This document shows, one piece after another, positions 46,242-52,506 of a stretch of DNA of 52,506 nucleotides. Location of the stretch: positions 1 to 52,506 of IMG/VR virus record IMGVR_UViG_3300048988_000011; one strand, given 5' to 3'. This DNA is from a virus. Taxonomy: Duplodnaviria > Caudoviricetes. The position numbers and the translations under genes were made by a program. The notes below the pieces were generated by a model that was not told where the DNA came from, did not search any database, and was given only the letters and a program-made list of their open reading frames with translations. Numbering within the stretch: the first letter of the stretch is position 1; each line of letters begins with the position of its first letter.

Positions 46242-48926
46242 ATGATAGCACAAAAGCCAAAAAATTGTAGAGGCTGCGTTCTAGAACAGTTAGGAAGAGG
46301 ATTCATGCAGGTAGAGGGGTCTGGTGTGAATCATGTTATGATCGTTGGTGAAGCGGCTGGCACTACTGAAGTTAGTGAGTCATTACCATTCCGACCAACA
46401 GCAGAAGCAGGATCTTTATTAGAAAACTGTCTCCGTAAGGGAGGATATGATCGCCAGTCTTTTACAATTAATAACATAGTGCGTTGTGGCCCCCCTAATA
46501 ATAAATTAGATGGGGTAGATTATGAACAAGAAGCGATTGCACACTGTAGCAGCTACTTTGATCGGTCTATCACTAGGTTTCAGCCTCGCTGCTTGCTGGC
46601 TCTTGGTAATATACCTCTACGGAATCTCACAGGATACGTCGGGGAGAAGCAGGGGATTTCTCTTGTTAGGGGCTTTGTGCTTAACAATACTAAGTACGAT
46701 CTGCCAGTCGTTAGCTCTTTCCATCCATCATATATTAATCGTGGGAATAAGCACCTTAAAGGAATATTAATACGCGATATAGGCCTAGCTATTGAAGTGG
46801 CGGCTATGTCTGCTGGGCAGATAGCAGAGAAGAGGCAACTAGAGGAGATTGCTAAGAGCTATTACATCCTAAATCCATCTATCTCAGAAGCATGGGGATG
46901 GGCTAATACAGCTATTAATTCTGGTCTTGCTATCGCTTATGATATAGAGACTCCTTACTCTGAGGTAGAAGATGATGAGAGTGAGTTAGACCCTAATGCC
47001 ATAGGTCAGAGGGTTACTCAGATTCAGTTCTCTATCGGTAGCTCTACCATAGTCTTCCCTTGGACTCAAGAGTTTAAGGAAGTTGCTGCTTATATCTTAG
47101 CTAGCAATAATGATAAGTGGGGTTGGAATAACTATCTATTCGACGATCCTATCCTTCGCAAAGAAGGATTAATTATAAATGGAACAATCCATGATCTAAT
47201 GCTAGCTTGGCATTTCCTACAACCTGATTTACCTAAAGGATTACAGTTTGTAACTAGCTTTTACTCCCCCTGGTTTGGACCGTGGAAGCATCTTAGCGGA
47301 GCAGATCTAGCATTATATGGAGCTAAGGATGGTGATGCTACTTATCGCTGCGGACTAGGAATAATGAGGGATTTAAAGCAGGATAAGTTATACGATAGTT
47401 ATTATAAGTATTATGTGAGATTGCATCCTATATTAGCAGAAGCCAGTAAGAGGGGGATACCGATTGATGCTACTCAGCAAACTGCATTGAGGGTAGAGCT
47501 TGAGAAGAAGATGGCTATTATTGATGAACAGGCTAGGCCAATGGTGCCTGATTCTATATTAGATGTGCATCCTAAGCAAGGGTATAAGAAGGTTCCTAAG
47601 GAGATCTTGCTATTAAGCGATGCTGTCGGTAAATCTCTTAATACAGATAAGCCAATGATAATGTCTCAGGCTTCTAGGCAGATTGGCTTTGATAATAGGA
47701 AATTGGGTGGAGAATTTAGATGGTGTCGATTAATCCCATTCAACATTAACAGTGGAGCACAACTCATCCGATATATAGAGTTCAAGCAACAGACTAATAA
47801 GCTCTATAAGGTCCCAATTAAAAGAGGAACATCTAAGAAGACAGTAGAAGAACTAGCTCTACAACGTCTTTATAATAAGACTAAAGACCCTGTACTTGCA
47901 CTAGCATTAGAGAGAAAAAAGATGCAGCATTTCGTCTCCTCGTTCTGCTCAGCTGCATGGACTCCAGGAGAAGATGGTAAGGTACATCCTACTTTCAAGG
48001 TAGGTGGGACTAATAATGGACAGTTAGCAGCAGAGAATCCCAACAGTCAACAGTGGCCTAAGCATGGACCATTAGCAAAAGAAGCTAGGAAGTTAATACT
48101 AGCCCCACCAGGATTTAAGATAGTTAAGTTGGATTATAAATCCTATCATGCACAGACCGCTGCCGCTGAGGCAGGAGATGCTAATTATCTTAGACTAGCT
48201 AAGCTAGACTTGCATAGCTATGTTACTGGACATTTCTTGAAGTTGGCTGGCAAAGACGAATGGCTAGACTTACCTGATCCAGAACTTAAGCCTATTCTAG
48301 CTAAGATTAAAACAGAGCATAAGCACGTAAGAGATGCTAAGGTCAAACATGCTATCCTGGGGATCAACAACGGTATGGGAGTAGGTAAACTCTACGATAT
48401 CTACCAAGAATTCTTTGACAATAAAAAGGAAGCTGCTGCTATCCTGTCGCTTTTAAGACAGCTATTCCCAATCTTCTTCAAATGGCAAGATGATGTTAGA
48501 CGAGTAGCTCATCGTGATGGCTTCTTGAGAAGTAAGTATAACTGCATTAGATATTTCTGGGAAGTGTTTAAGAAGCAGAATGGGCAGTGGTATGGAGGAG
48601 AGAGTAGTGAAGAATGCATTGCTTATCTACTAGCTAATCATGCTCATTGCCATCTTAAAGATAGAATGATTGAGATGGATGAGTTGGGTTATCTAGAGAG
48701 GTATAACCTAGTAAATATTATTCACGATGAGATCGACCTGATATGTGCTGATGAGTTAGTTGAGGAATGCATCACTAACTTAACAACAATAATGGAGCGT
48801 CCTAGTGAAGTGATGGTCTACCCAATATGTCTAGAAGGATTAAGCATAGAGGTAGATGTAGAAGTAGGACAAAACTGGTCAGCTTACCATCCAGTTGGTA
48901 ATCCAGAAGGAATGAGAGGAAGATGA
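46242..48926 (+). CDS. polA: Family A DNA polymerase with N-terminal uracil-DNA-glycosylase (family 4-like) and 3'-5' exonuclease domains
   Basis: UDG motifs CRGC, VGEAAG, NIVRCGPP, FHPSY; Exo motifs YDIET, NNYLFD, YGAKD; Pol motifs DYKSYH, KHAILGINNG, IHDEI. Confidence 0.9.
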   Translation: MIAQKPKNCRGCVLEQLGRGFMQVEGSGVNHVMIVGEAAGTTEVSESLPFRPTAEAGSLLENCLRKGGYDRQSFTINNIVRCGPPNNKLDGVDYEQEAIAHCSSYFDRSITRFQPRCLLALGNIPLRNLTGYVGEKQGISLVRGFVLNNTKYDLPVVSSFHPSYINRGNKHLKGILIRDIGLAIEVAAMSAGQIAEKRQLEEIAKSYYILNPSISEAWGWANTAINSGLAIAYDIETPYSEVEDDESELDPNAIGQRVTQIQFSIGSSTIVFPWTQEFKEVAAYILASNNDKWGWNNYLFDDPILRKEGLIINGTIHDLMLAWHFLQPDLPKGLQFVTSFYSPWFGPWKHLSGADLALYGAKDGDATYRCGLGIMRDLKQDKLYDSYYKYYVRLHPILAEASKRGIPIDATQQTALRVELEKKMAIIDEQARPMVPDSILDVHPKQGYKKVPKEILLLSDAVGKSLNTDKPMIMSQASRQIGFDNRKLGGEFRWCRLIPFNINSGAQLIRYIEFKQQTNKLYKVPIKRGTSKKTVEELALQRLYNKTKDPVLALALERKKMQHFVSSFCSAAWTPGEDGKVHPTFKVGGTNNGQLAAENPNSQQWPKHGPLAKEARKLILAPPGFKIVKLDYKSYHAQTAAAEAGDANYLRLAKLDLHSYVTGHFLKLAGKDEWLDLPDPELKPILAKIKTEHKHVRDAKVKHAILGINNGMGVGKLYDIYQEFFDNKKEAAAILSLLRQLFPIFFKWQDDVRRVAHRDGFLRSKYNCIRYFWEVFKKQNGQWYGGESSEECIAYLLANHAHCHLKDRMIEMDELGYLERYNLVNIIHDEIDLICADELVEECITNLTTIMERPSEVMVYPICLEGLSIEVDVEVGQNWSAYHPVGNPEGMRGR

Positions 48927-49453
48927 AAGGCAATCATAAACATGGTCATGCTAAGAAAGGAATGATTACTAGAACCTACCATTCCTGGGAAGCAATGAAG
49001 TCTAGATGTTATGATCCTAATAATATCAACTACTCTAGGTATGGAGCTATTGGCATTAAGATAGAAGATCCTAGATGGTTTGTATTCTCTAACTTCTTAG
49101 AAGATATGAAGGAATGTCCTGAAGGTATGAGCCTTGAGAGGAAAGATAATACTAAAGGTTATTGTAAAGATAACTGTAAGTGGGCAACTCCTTTAGAACA
49201 AGCTAGGAACAGGAAGAATACTCCGATGATTACTTATCTCGGTAGAACTCAGAGTATTGCTGCTTGGGCAGATGAGTTAGGGTTTAATTATTTTACACTA
49301 AGAGATAGGTTAGTGAATAAAAAGTGGTCAGTAGAACTAGCATTTACTGAACCAATAAGGCGTAATAATAGATGGCATGAGACTGAGAATCCTGATGGGA
49401 TGAGGAGTTATGAACGTAGTAGCTATACTAGAAACAATGTGGGATTGGAATAA
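48923..49453 (+). CDS. HNH homing endonuclease
   Basis: 'TYHSWEAMKSRC', 'YGAIGI', 'FLEDM', 'SLERKDNTKGYCKDNCKWAT..EQARN'. Confidence 0.9.
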   Translation: MKGNHKHGHAKKGMITRTYHSWEAMKSRCYDPNNINYSRYGAIGIKIEDPRWFVFSNFLEDMKECPEGMSLERKDNTKGYCKDNCKWATPLEQARNRKNTPMITYLGRTQSIAAWADELGFNYFTLRDRLVNKKWSVELAFTEPIRRNNRWHETENPDGMRSYERSSYTRNNVGLE

Positions 49454-49865
49454 GCAAACATCTAGGGCTGGCTATAGTGAAGCTCCTAGATTCTTTAGAA
49501 TTAACCCAAACAATTATAGCGGTAGGAGATTATATAAAATATGTGGGCCTAAAGCTAAGCTATTAGTAACCAATGCTTGTCGTGAATTAGTGTCAGGACC
49601 TAATCATCATGGCACTCCAGATCCAGTTTGGTTAGCAGAAAACTTAGCTGAGATTGAGAGCAGAAGGCCGGATAGTGCTACTATAGATGTGCTGTTAGTA
49701 TGCGGTAAGGTAGCTCAGAAAGCATTTATAGATTCTAGGTATGTACTAAAGAGTAGCGAATGTAGAGTTATCCAAATTCCTCATCCAGCTGCTAGAGGTG
49801 TTTGGACAGCAGACTACATAGAACAGATTAAATCACAGATCCAGGAGGATAACAATGGAAAATGA
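49410..49865 (+). CDS. Stand-alone UDG-superfamily protein
   Basis: 'SGRRL', 'VTNAC', 'LLVCGKVA', 'IPHPAAR'. Confidence 0.6.
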   Translation: MNVVAILETMWDWNKQTSRAGYSEAPRFFRINPNNYSGRRLYKICGPKAKLLVTNACRELVSGPNHHGTPDPVWLAENLAEIESRRPDSATIDVLLVCGKVAQKAFIDSRYVLKSSECRVIQIPHPAARGVWTADYIEQIKSQIQEDNNGK

Positions 49866-50013
49866 ATGTGCTAATTGTAAGAAGGATCTTAACTTCGAAA
49901 CATATTACTTTATGTGTTGTGTAACTATGAATTCTTACTGCGTTGATTGTTGGAAATCACAACCATGTGATAAAGAACATTCAGAAGATTGTGCAACGAA
50001 GGTATGGAACTAA
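49855..50013 (+). CDS. Small Cys-rich protein
   Basis: Hand-translated MENECANC...YCVDCW...; AGGAGG SD. Confidence 0.55.
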   Translation: MENECANCKKDLNFETYYFMCCVTMNSYCVDCWKSQPCDKEHSEDCATKVWN

Positions 50014-50675
50014 TGGAACTAATAGAACTATGTCCCTTCTGCAAACAACCCCCAGTCGCTCGTACTGACTTCCAAACGCCCAGAGTCAGCTGTCCTACGA
50101 ATAGCTGTGCGTTGTTCTGGATACCTATTCCGCTTATATTGTGGCAGAGAAGGTTAGAAGAAGCAGCTACCGTTGATAACTTCGAGATAGTAACTCCAAT
50201 CAAAGGTCCAGATAAAGTCATCTGTATAGACTTTGATGGGACTATAGTAGACCATCAATTCCCTAGGATAGGTGAGCCTGTTCCAGGCGCATTTGAGTAT
50301 ATGAAGAAGTTCCAAGAATTAGGAGCTAAGCTCATATTATGGACAATGCGAAACGATGATCCTGACTTACATACTCTAGGCTCTGTACTGACACAAGCAG
50401 TAGAGTATTGTAGAGATAGGGGGATAGAGTTCTGGGGAGTTAACATAAATCCTAACCAACATACTTGGAGCAGAAGTCATAAAGCTTATGCACAGCTATA
50501 TATTGATGATGCTGCTTTAGGCTGTCCTCTAACAGTTGCTAAAGAAATGAGTAGACCGTATGTAGATTGGTCAATAGCAGGTCCTATGGTAGCATCTTGG
50601 ATTAAGAATGGGATTGTTGAAGAGATTATCAGTAGAAACACAGAGAAGGAAGAAAAAGAGGAGACCCAATCTTAA
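50013..50675 (+). CDS. HAD-superfamily phosphatase (BT0820-like) with N-terminal Lar-like Zn finger
   Basis: 'DFDGTIV', 'LILWTMR', 'YIDD'; N-terminal CPFC; start uncertain (49989-50013). Confidence 0.8.
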   Translation: MELIELCPFCKQPPVARTDFQTPRVSCPTNSCALFWIPIPLILWQRRLEEAATVDNFEIVTPIKGPDKVICIDFDGTIVDHQFPRIGEPVPGAFEYMKKFQELGAKLILWTMRNDDPDLHTLGSVLTQAVEYCRDRGIEFWGVNINPNQHTWSRSHKAYAQLYIDDAALGCPLTVAKEMSRPYVDWSIAGPMVASWIKNGIVEEIISRNTEKEEKEETQS

Positions 50676-50773
50676 TGAAAGAATCTCCTCTTCCTCCCTT
50701 CGTGTACAGACCAAAGTATTTTTGGGTTTGCGTTTAAAGTTACTGGATAGCTGATCACCCCCTTCTTACTAAG

Positions 50774-50980
50774 CTAAGCGGAAGTCACCTCATCATGTAA
50801 GCTGCTATTTCTAATATAATGCAGTACTCCTCTTCCCTCTATCACGAGATCACCTACTGCTAGTTCGATCTCTTTATCAGTAGTATGACCCTGCGCTTTA
50901 AGCGTTAGGATCATCCTAACAGCATTATCAAAGCTGCACTCTCCTTTGATAAGCAGATCTAAGATCTCTTCTACATGCAT
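50774..50980 (-). CDS. Hypothetical protein
   Basis: 68 aa, AAGGAG SD. Confidence 0.5.
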   Translation of the reverse strand: MHVEEILDLLIKGECSFDNAVRMILTLKAQGHTTDKEIELAVGDLVIEGRGVLHYIRNSSLHDEVTSA

Positions 50981-50984
50981 AATG

Positions 50985-51479
50985 CTAAGGTTGCATCTCC
51001 TTCTTCAGGCGTTCTATTTGCTGTTTAATGTCCTTCTCAGTAACAGGTTGAGGTTGCTGTGCTCCTACTTGCGGAGTAGTAATAGCTCCACCAAAGTATA
51101 TCCTGGCGCTACCTATAATGCCCTTTACTATTCCTAAGATAGTTTGAAGCTTAGCATTACCCCCAAAATGTCCTCTAGCTTGCACATTCTCAAACAGTGC
51201 TTCATACCGATCTACAGCATCTAGCTTACATGTTTTGCTATCCCCGCAAGCCTTAAATCCCTCTGCTAGAGTAGCTGCTCCACTAGCTAGATCTGTGAAG
51301 TCTACTACCAACCCAGATTTAAGTGCTGGTGAGATAGGTAGAGATTGTATTAGTGGTCCTGAGGCTGCTAGTACTACTCGCAAATCTAATGCAAAATTAC
51401 TAGGACCACAAGCTGTTGCAAATATTAACTGAGCTATTAGTGGTAGCACAATTAACTTAGAACTAAGTATCCTTTTCAT
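50985..51479 (-). CDS. Lipoprotein (possibly lysis-related)
   Basis: Signal peptide ending in lipobox-like FATAC. Confidence 0.6.
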   Translation of the reverse strand: MKRILSSKLIVLPLIAQLIFATACGPSNFALDLRVVLAASGPLIQSLPISPALKSGLVVDFTDLASGAATLAEGFKACGDSKTCKLDAVDRYEALFENVQARGHFGGNAKLQTILGIVKGIIGSARIYFGGAITTPQVGAQQPQPVTEKDIKQQIERLKKEMQP

Positions 51480-51594
51480 TATTTATCGTCTCCTTCTAGT
51501 TGAGTTAGAATGACTATAGACTGCGAACTATACATCGAAAATGATAATATTGCAAGCATTTTCTTAGACAAATTGTCTACCTGCTCTGCTCTGC

Positions 51595-52506
51595 CTAATG
51601 CCGAGTAGCCCAATCTGCAAAATCTCCATAAGGTTCATAATCAACTCCCTTAGGTGGAATAGTAGTAACCCCTACTCCAAAGAAGCCTAGCGATCCAACA
51701 CCTAATCCTCTAAGCCCTCTACCTCCGCTTCTTCTGTCCTCTTGAACTGCTTCATAGAGATCTTTAAAGGCTAGCGGGAATGCCCTCTCGCGTAATGCTT
51801 TACTAACAGTAGTAGCTTGCCCTAAGAAGTTAGTATGATACATAGCGCCATCAGGGCCTTTACGCATATCAGATAGAGCTATGTCATGAGCAAATGAGAA
51901 CTGGGGAGATTCTTTAGATCTAGCGAACCTGCCTACTGACTCCATCCTACCAATAGGAACTACCTTACCTGCACTACTGCCTGTTACTGTTACACGTTGA
52001 CCGTACATGATCTGAGCTACATATCTTGCAGGCTGCTGCATACCCCCCCAGATATCTATTCGAGTGTTACCTATTTGGATCTTGCCAAAATCAGAAGAAC
52101 GTGGATCAATCCCTACCTGTGCCCCTGTTTGATTCTTGCTGAGAGCAGCTAATGTTAAGATGCCTAAGCCTGCTGCTACGAATGTTGTTAGCTCTCTTGC
52201 AGCTAGCTTATTAGCAAGAGAAGCATTCCTCCCTTTGATCGCTACTGCACCTACTCCCTTCGCTCCTAGATAAGCTACCTGGAAGCGGGACATAAAGAAG
52301 CGAGGGGAGAAGAAGAAGTTGTTTAGGATTGGAGCAGCTTCGTTGAACAGTCCCAGATCTCCACGACCTGTTGCGTAGTTAATATACTTAGCTACTGCTT
52401 TTAACTCTTGCATACCAGATTGTCGTAATTCTTTCTTGCGTGCTTGAAGTTCTCTCTGGCGTACTTGTAATTCCCTATTGCCAGTCGTTTTTAATTGTTC
52501 ATTAAC
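51595..52506 (-). CDS. C-terminus of large internal-virion/ejection-type protein (partial)
   Basis: Frame is open from the window end; 'NYATGRG', 'FFSPRF', 'DPRSSDFGKI.IG' resemble C-termini of large phage virion proteins. Confidence 0.6.
   Translation of the reverse strand, partial: VNEQLKTTGNRELQVRQRELQARKKELRQSGMQELKAVAKYINYATGRGDLGLFNEAAPILNNFFFSPRFFMSRFQVAYLGAKGVGAVAIKGRNASLANKLAARELTTFVAAGLGILTLAALSKNQTGAQVGIDPRSSDFGKIQIGNTRIDIWGGMQQPARYVAQIMYGQRVTVTGSSAGKVVPIGRMESVGRFARSKESPQFSFAHDIALSDMRKGPDGAMYHTNFLGQATTVSKALRERAFPLAFKDLYEAVQEDRRSGGRGLRGLGVGSLGFFGVGVTTIPPKGVDYEPYGDFADWATRH

Noticed and set aside
1-52506. TAG stop-codon reassignment suggested by TAG abundance
   Set aside because: Long genes (portal, TerL, PolA, helicases) are intact in the standard code, and TAG ends genes at natural boundaries (e.g. 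42477, before a terminator)

Overview
A roughly 52.5 kb piece of a tailed dsDNA phage genome, probably podovirus-like: P22-type portal, no tape-measure gene, and no integrase in view. The left arm (minus strand, 1-22.3 kb) holds signal-peptide-bearing tail proteins, capsid genes, scaffold, portal, an intein-containing large terminase, small genes and two ribbon-helix-helix regulators. A divergent non-coding region (22.3-23.7 kb) carries IHF-like boxes, a sigma-54-type promoter and a probable large structured RNA. The right arm (plus strand, 23.7-50.7 kb) holds early genes interleaved with long stems, an aberrant tRNA, and replication/recombination genes (AAA+ helicase, Cas4/RecB-like nuclease, Sak4-like ATPase, PIF1-like helicase, UDG-PolA fusion, HNH, second UDG-fold, HAD). 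Minus-strand genes resume at the right end. The strongest candidates for new biology are: (1) twin-arginine-signal copies of the phage's own capsid proteins plus a mini terminase-like fragment, possibly decoys; (2) a series of long stems whose loops carry whole genes or small RNA domains; (3) a sigma-54-driven large RNA; (4) a PolA with substituted steric-gate residues in a CTAG-rich genome; (5) a tRNA with an 8-nt anticodon loop. All homology calls are by-eye motif recognition; no searches were run.
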